From the NCBI GenBank assembly GCA_013265495.1, contig MU058337.1:808001-872000 (forward strand): DNA of 64,000 nt, written 5' to 3'. The translations under genes and the position numbers were made by a program. The stretch is from Vicugna vicugna (Eukaryota). Under the pieces are notes generated by a model that ran no database searches, was not told where the DNA came from, and saw nothing but the letters and a program-made list of their open reading frames with translations. This document shows, piece by piece, positions 12,141-24,630 of the stretch; within the stretch, counting starts at the first letter, position 1, and the number at the start of each line of letters is the position of its first letter.

Positions 12141-15100
12141 AGCTACCTTTTAAAAATCTTACAATACATGGTAATGGCCACTGGCGGGGCTATTGTAAAG
12201 ATGGCCTATTCTGTTTTATGGCATCTGTCGTCTGCTAAAGGCCACAATTTCAAATGCCTCTAAGGTTGGACCGTGAAGAAAAACTAAATGGATGAGCTGC
12301 CTGGCTGGAGGGCTTCCTATGGAAGGGCTGCGGGAGAGCTCGCCCCACCTGTAGACATTACATTCTATTTTAGTTTTTTGAATTTGGAAGTCAGACACCA
12401 CCAGTGCACTGGCAGGATGCAGCCTGAAGCCTCGGAGGCCGCAACGGATTCTCCAGACTCCAGTCAACTAACTCATGGGGCTGGAGGGACCTCAGGCTCG
12501 GGGCTGTGTTCGGTGGAACTGGTACCTATCAACTGCTAAATGGTTATTTCCACAAATACAGACGTAAACGAGCCGCATCTCCATCTTTACAGACATTTCT
12601 GAAAAGAAAAAAAGTATGCGTTAAATAACAGTATCATAATGAATTCAGCTGTATTTTCTGAAAGTTTTTAGGAAATCAAATTACACAAGCAGTGCATAAA
12701 TGAGGAGGCGTGGGATTTAGATTTAACCACGTATCTGCTTTCACTTTTATCTCATTGTCTGAGAAAACATTTGACATTCTGGAATGTAGTGTTTAAATCA
12801 TTATGAAAAGTGTAAGATCTTACAGAAACTTTAAAAAGGAAGGTGCAGCCAAAGTCCTGAGAAGTGGGTTCAGGGGCCCTGGGCCTGGGAGGTGACCTGC
12901 GGAGACAGAATCAGCTGTGAGCAGGTGGGCTCCCACAGAGCTGGGCTCATGAAGCCGCTGCATTTTTTATTTTGTACTTTTAGTTGCATGCCTTTTATGC
13001 AGCTTACTGTTCTAAATTAATAACTGCTGGGCTGTACAAGGAAGCATGTTTTTAAATAAAAATCTCCCAAGAGGTTTAACTCAGAGGAGTGTAAGGGGGA
13101 TTTGTGCTGTGCTTACTAAAAGATGGGGTGTGGAAAGATGAGGGGGTGCCTGGAAAGCTCAGACATCTCTTATAGATCTTTTTTGGAAAACAAAAACTTA
13201 TTAACTGTATTTTTATAATTTTCACAGTGTCAATATGAAGCATTCTCGAAGTTTTTCTCATATCTATATTTTCACAAGAATCACCAAAATATTTTTTTAA
13301 AAAGAGGGAAGCTGTATTTATCACTTAAGATTATGCATTCTTTGCACTTCTGACCTCGTGAAGCAGGCACTCAGGAGTAGAAATAGATTACTCTGCTAAC
13401 ACTTTGGGCCTGGAAATAATCTGTTCTGTTCTATGTCAGAGATAGTCTGCAAATGACAAAAGATGTAGTCAGTCCTTTTCAACTTGAGGGGATCCTTACT
13501 GCCTGCTCCACAGGAGAGCTCCCAACTGTAATTCTTCTGCATTTGTTCATGTGAAAAGCAATGAAATGCCCTTCGGAAGTTCCACCTCTTCGCTGGATAG
13601 AAAAATTGTTAGTTGTTGCTATTATACGTCAAAAAGACTTATTTACATTGAAAGGAATGCCTGAAATCATGTATTTCACATGGTGGAAAAATGCAAAAAA
13701 AAAATTCCTTCTCTTTTACTTTCTAGTAAATCATTATTCCATTTATCCTCCTTAAATCACCACATTCAACAGAAAGTAGAACTCTGTTCCAATCAGCTTA
13801 AATAACTCACATGCCTATGCTTAAAATTGTAGGAGGGCAATGACCTGGTAAATACATGAAATTGCATCTACCTGATTCGTTTGAAATCTGAAAGGGGAGC
13901 TTCTCTTTAAGTACTTTAGTTTATTGTCACTGGACAAAATATTTGCTATTTCAGCAGCTTAGTTCTTAGCAGACATCTTCACGCTGAGATGGGAAATGAC
14001 ATAATAGAAGTTACTAAAAATACTCAACACTATGGAAGAACTGAGGCGAAGCAAAGTGATGTTAGCATAAAATGGCATTTTAAGACATAATTCTTTACCA
14101 CCACTGAAACAAGATGGTGGGCTTTTTTAAAAATTCCTGCCCACTTTGGAATTAATATATGTGAGACTGTCAGGTCTTTTCATATTGTCTCAATTGTAAA
14201 TGTCTCACCTTATACATAATAATGGATCCAGTTGACCTATAAACTGTGTGTGATCTGTTTTGAAGGTATAGCTAATTTTGATGCTACTTTTATACCTGAC
14301 CTTTTAAATGGAACATTAGGAAGAGTTATAAAGACAAATGAGTTGCCTCAGGTAAACAATAGAGTTGTCTATCAGCGTATTGTTTGAAAATAACACATAA
14401 ACATTGCACTAGATGAGGTAGATGTCAGTTAAAGAAAAGTCTCAAAGTCACTTACAGCTCAAAGAGAAGAGAAAATATACACATGAAAGAAATTCTGAAT
14501 AATTAGAGAAGAATATGTTAAATTAAAAATAGCAGGAAAGGCAGACCAAGGCATAAAGAAATAATTGATTATTTTTCCTTTGGTCTCCAAATCTGTCTCC
14601 ATTACAATGTCCTCAGTTTTCAGAATGGTGCTGTAAAACTCACACATTAGTAAAACAGTGTGAAATAGTGACTTAATCAAGAGCATGTGTGTGGCACCTA
14701 GAATTTCCAACCGAAAAGTAGAATTTCCACTGCTCCTGAGACAAAGGGACTCCAAAAGATTTTTATCATGTATAACCTTTAAATATAAGACAGTGATTTA
14801 ATTCTAATAGTTTGTGAACTCTGTGGCTCATTAATTCTCGAGATGTTTAAGAAAAAATAACTTTTAGTGTTTAAAGAATTGTTTTTAAGTGATCTGTATT
14901 AATAAATTTTATTAAGTGACCATATACCAGGGTTTTTTTCCCCATCTGGCATTTATTGACTAAATAATTAAGATGATAGGAAACCAGGCATCATCTCAGG
15001 TTTACCTGCAACTGTATTGATAGACCTTTGCTCTTTGCTGAAGTGCAATGTCCTTAGGTTAGGGCTGCGTCACAGTTGTGTGTGTATGTCTGCGTGTGCG

Positions 15101-16626
15101 TGAGAGAGATACATATGTAGACACCTGCACACATTCATGTTAAATACTTAATAACATTTTAGAAATCCATCGCCACAACACTTTCTCCATATATGCATTC
15201 TCTTCTGATTGTTCTGAATGAAAATTGCTTCTGTTTTCCCAAAGATTTTTTTTTGTTTGTTTGGATTAACCTGGAAGAACTCCTTCCAGCCTCTTTCTGT
15301 GACAGTTGTCAGGATTGCTGCCTTTATTCCTCTTGTTGAAGAGACTTGAACCCATTGTTACAATAATAATAGCATCCAGAACAAAAATCAGACTTCTGTT
15401 TAATTTTTTCATAATCTGTGTGCATTCATTCATTTTCCTCCCTTCATACACGGCTTCTCCCAGGTCTGAAATCATGCTTCAATTGCACGTTGTTTGCCTA
15501 GTGTCTTCTTCTCACCATTTTCTCTTCTTAAAATTGCATCAATAAATCTTACCCTTTGATCGTTAGCCATCATGCTCCCATATCTCTTTCTGCACAAAAC
15601 TTGCTTACCCTCCAAAATCACTGCCCAAATTCGATTGACTTTTAGAAAACCAGAGCCATTTTTAACAATGATCAGGAAGCAGACATCTCCAGGGCTTTCT
15701 TATTTCCCCACCATAAATTGTTTCCAGTCTCCCACAGTTCTCTCCCAAGCCCTTCAAATTCTTCTCCTGCACTTTTTCTGTAATGGATCCAACAATAGGA
15801 ATCTTTCTTTGAGCTTAATACTGTCTGACACACCTTATCCGCCTAACTCCTCTTGACGTATGATTAATTTGTTCTCACCTTTTTATTTTTTTGATATAAG
15901 AAGTCCATCACCAGACCGCGCATTCTTCGTTCTTCTTTGCTATTTACCCATAGAATTTGTTTTATGTGGTATCTCTTTAATTAGGTAATCAATATCACAT
16001 CTATTCTAACATAAAATTAATAAAATAAAATAGCAGATCTGATTGGCTTCATCTTATTTCTTGTGGATGGAAATTGGAAGGCAGTCAAACAGGATGTTTG
16101 CTTTTCATAAAATGATATTCGGTTCTTACAAGAGTAACGATTCTGATGATCAGGCAACAGATAAAGTTTACAATTATTGACTTTATCTGCATGCGTTTGA
16201 TGATAGACCTGCTCATCTGTGATTTAGTTGTTTTGTTCTGTTTCATTGTCAGATGCAACAAAGACACATTTAATCATCATTAATTAAAGGCCTCCAGCTA
16301 CAAGAGATGCTGTAAGCATATGAAGACACAGGAGGCTGGTCCCCTGACCCTGGCCTGTCTGTCCAGGATGATGCATCCAAAGTGCTGTAGGGGCACTGAG
16401 GAGTATTAATTTTGATTTCTTTGACTGCAGATTACACCCCAGTTAGCAGTACTGAATGCAAGGTATACAGAGCACTTGTCAGGTAATTTTTAAGGAGTTG
16501 GGTGGGCATATAAAGTTTATCATCTAAATGGAATTTGGCAAAATTTGTGTTTGCCCTTTCTGCCACATGTGGCGGTACATGAGCAAAGTCTAGTTTGCAT
16601 TTGAACAGGGTATCAGCAATCAACAA

Positions 16627-16753
16627 TTTTTTAATGTATTTTTCAATTTAATTTAATTTAATTGCTATTTTTAAGGGAGGTCCTGGGGGGTTGAACCCAG
16701 GACCTCGTGCATGCTAAGCACGTGCTCTACCACTGAGCTATAATCCTCCCCCC
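16627..16753 (-). mobile_element. tRNA-Ala-derived SINE (vic-1-type, Camelidae) with 8-bp TSD
   Basis: Minus strand reads GGGGGGAGGATTATAGCTCAGTGGTAGAGCACGTGCTTAGCATGCACGAGGTCCTGGGTTCAACCCCCCAGG followed by an A-rich tail. It has Pol III A and B boxes and an AGC anticodon-like loop. TSD ATCAACAA at 16619-16626 and 16754-16761. Confidence 0.9.
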
Positions 16754-18054
16754 ATCAACAAAACATAAATTTTTTGTTTTATGTTTTCTGTGCTTCCATT
16801 AAAATCTTCATAGAAATCAAGACAACAATTTAAAACTCTGTTTTTCAGAACAAAGTACCTAAGAGCTAGGTAGACCACTTTTGACTTCGTGGCTGTGATT
16901 GGACACATCATTTGCTATGTTACAGAAAGCATGGTTGTTAGTATGACCTGACAAGATCAGCTCTACACTGTATGGGCCAACACATCTGTTGTCAAAATTC
17001 TCCCTTTTGTTCACCTGTGGAACTTCTGATTCAGGAAATGTAGCTTTATTTGTTGTTTTGTTTTGTTTTGTTTTTTGTTTTGAGCCATCAAGAGAACAAT
17101 ATGATAACTTTGTTTGAACAATATGACACTGTATGTTTGTGTAGTGTGATAATGTGTGCTCATTTCTGCAGTATGCTCAAACGAATTCAGTAGCTGCTGA
17201 GTTTAATGATGTCTTTTGAGGAGACAAACCTTTTGATTGATTCAGGGACACCTACCTGTCTCATACTGACCTGGGAGATGAGGTCTCCACCTGGCCTTTC
17301 ACATCTCCTTCTGCACCAGCCCAAACTCAAGCTGTATTGTGAAGGATGCTCTCTCTTCATTACTTACCTCTCCAATCCAGTTGAATATGTCCTTCCATCT
17401 GTCATTTAAAATACCACTGTTGTTCACCCTTCTTTTTTGGTGATGTCTAGATCATACTGGCTTGCTGTAATCATGATTGTTTTCACTACGTGAACTCTTG
17501 GGAAACATAGCCACAATATTCGTCATGTTAAAAATTAAACTAGTGCCATCTTGGTACAAAGCACAATAGTTTAGCTTTAGGCAAACAGACACTGCCAAGA
17601 CTCATGATTACAATGCATTGAAGTTGCTTCACTTGGAAAAATGCAGCAACAGATGACTGATCCCACACTGTGAACCAAAAATCATGGCTGTCAACATCAG
17701 TGGTCGGGGAGAGAAGCATGAGGTTGCAGGAGTGGACTGGTTTATGGGGTGAACTGAGCAAATCATCTGTAACTCTATAGAGGGAATCTGGAAACTCCCA
17801 AAACCTCAAAGTATTGCCTATGGTTCCTTCCCTTCTAAGAGACTTTAATGCCTTCTGTTTTGGGTTTTTTTGTTTGTTTGTTTGTTTATTATTTTTAGAA
17901 GGAAAACTCAGCATAAAAGAAAGAACAGCAAAGGAGCACCTGACCTTAGGAAGTAGGATGAAGTTGTTCAAAGCTTGAAGTCAAAGTCAACTAGGTGATT
18001 AGAGCAAATCCCAGCTCCTGTTCTAGTCAGGACAACTGGCACAAAGCCCAACAG

Positions 18055-18430
18055 TCTCGTCCTCATAAAGCTTACAGCAACTACAGGAAGCAAACACTAT
18101 TCAAAGAACTACGCACAGAACACTTAAAAACCCAACTGTAATAAGTGTTTCAGGGAAGTAGGGTATGGTTTGGAGGGTATGATAAAGAGCAACTGACCTG
18201 GCCAGGGAGATCAAAGAAGGCGTATCAGGGAAGAAGGCCACTGAGGTGATATCTAAAGAAAGATGAGAAGTCGCTTAGGCCTGAGGATTCAGTTTGTGCA
18301 AGAAGAACAGTATGTGCAAAGGCCCTGAGGTGAGAAGCAGCATGCTATGTCTGAGAACTGAAAGAAGGCCAATATGGCAATAGTGATGGAGAAAGTGAGC
18401 ATGGTGCGAGCAGAAGCTGGCAGCGGGGCA
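18055..18430 (-). mobile_element. L2 fragment
   Basis: 'gaacagtatgtgcaaaggccctgaggtgagaagcagcatg...tgagaactgaaagaaggccaatatggc' is a classic antisense L2 motif. Confidence 0.8.
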
Positions 18431-18969
18431 GGGGAGAGCTCTGTGCCTAGTTGAAATTTGGGGTGTGTCCTTCCATTCTGTTTCTTTTTCCCTTTATCAA
18501 GAAAGACAACAGACTCCTTTACATCAAGCCATTTTTACTGGGAGGTGCCAAAGTGAATCATAGCATTATAACCCTTCCGTTCACCTGCCTGTTAACCCCA
18601 ACCCCTCAGAACACTTACATTTCTGTATTTCTGAAGGTCCCTAGCTGTGCGTCTTGCTGCAGTCGGTATTTGTGCTGGTGGAATAAATGCACCAGTTCCT
18701 TCTGTCAAAACAAGGTGATGGACTTTCACCCACTGAGACTCAGATCACATACCTAGGAGGCTCTAACTTACCCGTTTTCAGGACTCTACATGATATAAGC
18801 AAAAGGCTCGAAATCATTTTTACTTTGCACCGTTTCTTTCCAGAGTTATTTTCTGGGTGCAGTTCCCCAGGTAACACCTTGTCCAGCCCATTCACCTACA
18901 TTTTTACTTTGTCTGACAGCACTGACCTTCAGCTTAGGAAAACCTCTTTGCCATTATGATTCGTATTTT

Positions 18970-19080
18970 CCTCACACATAAGATAGAAATGATAATGTCT
19001 TTTTTTCTGCATATCAGGGCTATCATGAGAGGATAAAACCATAAAGATAAAATAATGGTTATGAAAGCACTCTGAACAAT
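18970..19080 (+). mobile_element. MIR fragment
   Basis: 'aaatgataat...cagggctatcatgagaggataaa...tgaaagcactctg'. Confidence 0.45.
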
Positions 19081-22000
19081 TCTAAAGATTATACAGTGGT
19101 GGATGGTCCTCTGTTACATACAATTTCAGTGATAAATTCTAATTCAGCCATACTTGTTCTTAGTAACAGCTTGCTCCGTTCTCATAATCATTCCACATAT
19201 TAATATCACTGTGAAGCCATTTCAACAGCTGTCTCTTTGCAGATGTTTTACCCTCAAAGAAAGTGAAATTGTGTACTTTTTTTTCTGTAGTTTTGATTGA
19301 ACCAATTTTGAATCAAAATAAGTATAGGAATGTCTGTTGTTGCCTATTGGTGAAGTACACCCATTAGCAGAATCTTGTAAGTTAATCTTTTCCAGCATCC
19401 TTTATTCTTCTGGTATCTAAGAAACATCCTACTTATAGACAGCAAGGAACCACAAGAAAGAAGGAGAGAGACTGATAAACAGCCATTTATAGAAACACTG
19501 GAGCTGCAGTCCTGGAGTTGCGGATAGGACAGCATGATGAGCCTTTGGGGAAGGTGGTGAAGGCTTCTCTGAGGAGGTGACCCATAAAGTCAGGTTTTTT
19601 TAAAATGAGAATTCAAGGAGGCAGTGGTGCAGAGGAAAGCACCTCTATGGAGGCAAGAGTCGCTGTCTTGAGTTTTTAGATTCTATTTCTGGTGTCTTCA
19701 GTCCTCTAGGTCAGCGTAAGTTTAGGACAAGCCTGGAAAAATGAGGAAAAATTACATTTGCAGCCTACCTGAGTGTCGAAGCGTGTATGTGTCCAGATGG
19801 CATTTATCAGTGTGATGACAATGGCAGTGAATATTATTATAATTATTATTAGCATTTAAAGTAATTGATAACATCCTGCCTTCCCTTTGGCTCATCTTGC
19901 CTTTTGCCTTCAGCTTTTTTTTGCCTTCCTACAGCAATTTCTGTAAGAGTGGGTTAAATGTGCACAACAGCTCTCGGGGTATTTCCTGTTTACTAAAAAC
20001 TTATGGAACGTTCTGAAGAGCGAGTGTACGTGTGTCCGGGGGTGGGAGGAAGTGGGCCTGGTGCACACCGGGTGAGCCAGAGACGGGTGTCGGGTATCAG
20101 CAGTACCTTATGACGTGGTGATTTTGATGACTTGCAAACTTCAGTTACTGTTTCTGCCTTCCTTGGGTACATGTTTAACCTAATATTTGCGGGGGTGGTG
20201 AGGGTACGGCCACCCTAACTCACGTGGCACCTTTTGGGAGCCGGATCAAGAGCCCGTCCTGGTGGGCTCAGCCTTGGGCGGTGGACTCAGTCCTGCTCTG
20301 CGGCCAGGCCCCCGAGCCCTCCAGCTCTGTGCGCAGCCAGAGACGCCGCCGCCTCTGCTCCTCTGGAAACCGGGCCTTCTCCTCAGGGGTTTATTTTTCA
20401 GTTTTCATTCTCAGCCCTGGAGTCCATCTCCCAGAGGGATTTCTCTCAATGTCTGTCACTCCTTATAAATGACAAAGTCATTTGGTTGTGACCCTCAATG
20501 GGGAAACAGAGAAACTCTTCAAGCCTTTATAAATGTTCTGAATCACAACTGCCAGTCTGCCATCTCCACTCTACAAAATGTCCTTCAGGTTGGTTCCATC
20601 CTGATGAGGTGTTCACTGTGTTGTGAATTGACTCAGGACACTCTCTTGGCCACAATTTCATTTTTACTTTGTTCTTAAAACAGACAGCTCCTGCTGTAAT
20701 CCACTGGCTTGTTAGACTCAACACACTTGTTAAATAGGACTTTGAGGTAGAAGGTTGTGTTGCCTTTTTAAGCTAAGTGTGTAAGATCCATGGCTTCCTT
20801 TTGCTCATGAAAACTGAGTTGGGATAAACACAGAAGTGTCCTTGTTCTGGAAGCTTCGGGGTCTAGCCAACACTGTAAGGTTTCTTTGCAGAGCTGAACT
20901 GATTAACCGTTTTTATTAGTCTCTCAAGTACATTACATTGTCGTTTGCCATTTTGTTATGCTGCAGTGTTTCTCCATAATGAACTTGAATAGGAAACCCC
21001 AAGGGGGTAATGCTCATATAGATAATTGTCTCCTTTTTGAAATGCGATAGCTTGTGGGGAAATAATAAACTGTTACGCAGAGTTTATCATCAAAATGTTG
21101 TACATCATTTTCAACGTCGTGGACCCACCGCACATCCGTGCACGTGTGCCGACCCAGTGAAACTGTTCTTCAAGGACGCGAAGCTTTCATCATGTTGCTC
21201 ATGATACCCCCATTTTTTCACAAAGGCCTCCTGCTTATCTGTAAGTGCCTCACCAACAACATATTAACTATTTGAGAAAAAGGCACAGATACCTGGAAAC
21301 TTGCTTCCCAAGGCCTAACTGTGTGGGATTGTGTGTGAAAATTACCAGCAGGTGGTCTACTCCTAGATGATTTTCCATAATTGATACGTCCATCTGGAAA
21401 GGAAGATCTGTGTGTTTGAAAATGCTCACTGTTTCAGTTGTCGGAAATGGATGAGGGTGCGTGGGCGAGAGCGCGTAGCGGCCGGAACCCTTCCCCCTCG
21501 GGTGGCTGGCGCTGGCGAGTCTTGGAAACACACGGGAGCCACACAGGGTTACTGCACTGGAGGGGCTTGTGTTCTGTCTCCACGTTATTCTCTACAGAGA
21601 GTCTGATCTCTCCCCTTATAAGTCAGCACAGGCTTTCTCGAAATTAGGGTGTAGTGACCTTACGGATGGATATTATCTTAGGCCCTTGGTGTCAAGTTCA
21701 CTCTTCACACAGGACACACTGAGAAAACAGTGGCAGTGCTTCTTAAAGGGTTTAACTTCCTCCGTGGACACATGATAAAAAGAAATGACCCGCTTGAGTA
21801 TCCAAAGACACCGAGTTGGAATATTTTATGAGAGGGAGGGAAGGAAGGGGAGGAGGAAGAACCACATTTCTTGTCTTGCTTCCCCCTCAAGAAATGCAGA
21901 TTGGAAACAGGACAGAATAACGCGTGTCTGCCCTCTGTGCCCGGCGTCCCCCGCCCACCGTGGGGTCACCCCTCCCAGGTCACTAGTGAGAGGGGCAGGG

Positions 22001-23299
22001 GCTACCCACGCCCCCTGGAGCAGGAAACATCCCGAAGCACGAGAAGGAGTTGGTTTCTCTCTCTGGGAGCCCGGCCTGCTCTCCACCCTCAGAGACACGG
22101 GACGCAGGGAACTGGGAGATACTGTCCATGACTTAATGTAAGCGCTGTGTCTTCCTAGATTCTTGCATCTCTGCTCTCCTGATGGCCCTTCCTATGCTAA
22201 TCCCCCAGTAATTCCTCTCCACTTCCATTGCCTTTACTGTGCAGTTTAACAGCTAAAAACGGAGCATGCTTTTCCCTTTATCCGTTTCTCGTTATTAGAT
22301 GGGTCTAGCCAACTGGTACAGGTTGGATCAAGGCCTAAAGAAGAGGCCTATTTGTCTGGTCAGTTTGGCCCTTACAGTCCATGGGGGCAGAGGTCATCGA
22401 GCACGTGTGTGCAATTTTAGCCAAGAGGGTACTGAGCCTTCTTACAGCGGATGAAGATTTGGGACACTGGACATTTTGCCTGGCACTGAGTTAGCTTCTA
22501 GAAATTAGCTAGGGTTAGAAACACGGGAGTCACAGGATTTGACAGGGTGGAGGTCAACGGGGGTTGTATGTAGGACTGACAAGCAATTTCACAAATTTAT
22601 GGAAAATTATTACTGTTTTAAGCGCTGTGAGAGCATACAACAGGGAAGCCTGTCAGGGTTAGGGATCTGGCCGTGCTTCCTCGTGGATGGAGCTACCTTG
22701 GAGTTCACTCTAAGGGCTGATGAAGAGGCAGAGTGCAATCACGCATGCATGCAAAGCTCCCCCCGACCCCAGGCCCCCCGCTCCCTGCAACAGGGAGCAC
22801 GGTGTTCGGGGAACTGAGAAGAGGTTCACAACCAAAGACCCCGAGTGTAAGCAGAAGGTTTTTGACTTCCGCTAAATGTTTAGGTAAACGTCACAAAATG
22901 GTTTGCAACCGCTGCCTGCAGATCCCTTGACATTCCTGTTACGGCAGCTGTTCCTTCGCGCATTGGGTGACTGGTAACTGAGCATTCTCTGCCCACTTCT
23001 CTCTCTGCTGGATCCTAGGAATCGAGTGATGACTGAGGACCCGCCTCTGCCGGCTGGCAAGCAGGTCCATCCCTGAAGTGTTCACAGCTTCATGGCTGAA
23101 TACCTGACAGCGAGTGAGATGTGGGGCGAATCCCACAGCCCCTGAGAAGGAAGGCAGAGGCTTCGTCTGGAACGCAATGAGACGCATTCGGATGGTGGGC
23201 CTGCAACGAACTGCTCGGCATTGGTGGGTGGGCCTGCCGAAACAGGCCAAGGTCATGCAGGTGTCTGGTGCTTCAGAGGCTGGCAAACGTGAGCAGAAC

Positions 23300-24200
23300 T
23301 AGCGGGAGCCCAGCACGAGCGGCTGCGGCCCTGGCAGGAGTGCTGGTCAAGTGTCTCACTGCCCGTCGCTAACTGGCGCCCCCAGGGAGGCGGCGGAGCG
23401 GTGCGCCGCCTCCGTCCCCCGCGGCGTCGCCGGCGGAGGCTGCACCCCCGGGGGTGGCCGTTACCTGGGGACCCTCCCTGTGCACTGGGGTCCCAGCCGT
23501 GCCTTTAGGAGAGCTGCTGAAAAACGCTGGCTTTTCAAGCCCTGAGTGAGCTAGCCAAGGAGCGCTTGCGAGCCCGGCGGGTCCTGCGAGGGTGCAGACA
23601 GAGGTGCGCCGTCGCGTCCCCGGCCCGGGCCTTGGGTCGCTGGAAGTACCTAAGGACAAGCGCCCGCAGCAGGGCTCCCTCAGAAAGGCTCTCGCACTAC
23701 AAGCGGATTACTGTGGCTGCGAGCTCCGGTTCCTCCTCAGGCTTTCTCTGCCAGCAGGCCCGCGGAGCGCCTGCCTTCTGCTGCTGGGGGGCAAGAGCTG
23801 TTCTCAGGCCTTCACCTGCCCGCTGTCCGTCTGCCGCGTAGCCCTCGGTCCCAGGCAGAGCGCCTCGGGCCTCCTCCGGCCCCGCGCCTCCCCGACGCCT
23901 GCAGGCGCGCCGGGCTGCGGGCGGGGCTCAGCGGTGCTCGCTGTCGGGCGGGGAGCCCAGGGTGGGCGCCAAGAGAGCCGGCTAGGGCCCTGCTGGTTCT
24001 TCCCTGAACCTCGCTGCGGGAGAAGGAAAAAGACGAGAAAGAAGGAGAAAGAAGAAAGCCCTCCCGTCCGGACGCAGGCTCCCGCCTGGCCGAGCCGCCC
24101 TCCTTCCCAGGCTCGCGCGGGGATTGCGCAAGACGGAGCAGTCGTTTCCGTTCCAGACATCGACTGTGTTCTCGCGACTGAAAACATGACCATCCCCTAG
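23300..24200. promoter_or_regulatory. CpG island / probable promoter
   Basis: About 900 bp of very GC- and CpG-dense unique sequence in an AT-rich background. GC boxes GGGCGGGG at 23919-23926 and 23946-23953, C/EBP-type TTGCGCAA at 24124-24131, and TCTCGCGA (partial BANP-type motif) at 24170-24177. Confidence 0.9.
23465..23700 (-). other. Candidate non-coding first exon of an unidentified minus-strand gene (5' end uncertain)
   Basis: Minus-strand donor CAG|GTAACG at 23465/23464 near the left edge of the CpG island. An alternative donor CAG|GTGAAG lies at 23816/23815. No transcript evidence is available. Confidence 0.4.
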
Positions 24201-24459
24201 AGTAATTTTCCGGAAAGAGTTTATAAAGCAAGAGAGTCACCAATGGACACAAAACTCGTTCAATTTGATACTGAATGTAGAATATGCAGGAAAAATAGCT
24301 CACTTTTTTCTAGAGGTCTGTAATACATAGGGATATCGGGCACGGATTTCTTTACTTCAGTTGCCTTTCTGCTCTCGGCGAGCTGTGCTGGATGATGGAT
24401 TTCTCATTCCTTCTTGGCCTTCCCCATTGTGCTATTGCTGTTTGAGGGAAAAAGAATTA

Positions 24460-24630
24460 AATTTTAGAGTTAGGAAATTTGCATTTGACATTGACTTTTC
24501 CATTTACTTGTTGTGCGACAATGGGTAAGCATTTTAACCTCCAAAATTGAAATGAGGAAATATTAATATTAATAATAATAATAGTGGTACTACCAGTAGC
24601 ACCCTTTCCTTAGAATTTTTGAGACTTACA
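24460..24630 (+). mobile_element. MIR fragment
   Basis: 'ccatttacttgttgtgcgacaatgggtaagcattttaacctc...aaatgaggaaata...aataatagt' MIR core. Confidence 0.6.

Noticed and set aside
15551..15590. Possible short minus-strand exon (CAG|AAAGAG...AAGG|GTAAGA)
   Set aside because: The donor is good but the polypyrimidine tract is weak and the peptide is unrecognisable, so it cannot be told from chance.
16680..16753. Functional tRNA-Ala gene
   Set aside because: The tRNA-like head is followed by an A-rich tail and flanked by a TSD, so it is a SINE.
23592..24303. Longest ORFs (202 aa on +; 129 and 163 aa on -) over the CpG island
   Set aside because: Overlapping Arg/Pro/Gly/Ala-rich ORFs on both strands are expected in stop-poor GC-rich DNA. 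The 202-aa ORF starts at GTG and has no recognisable domain.
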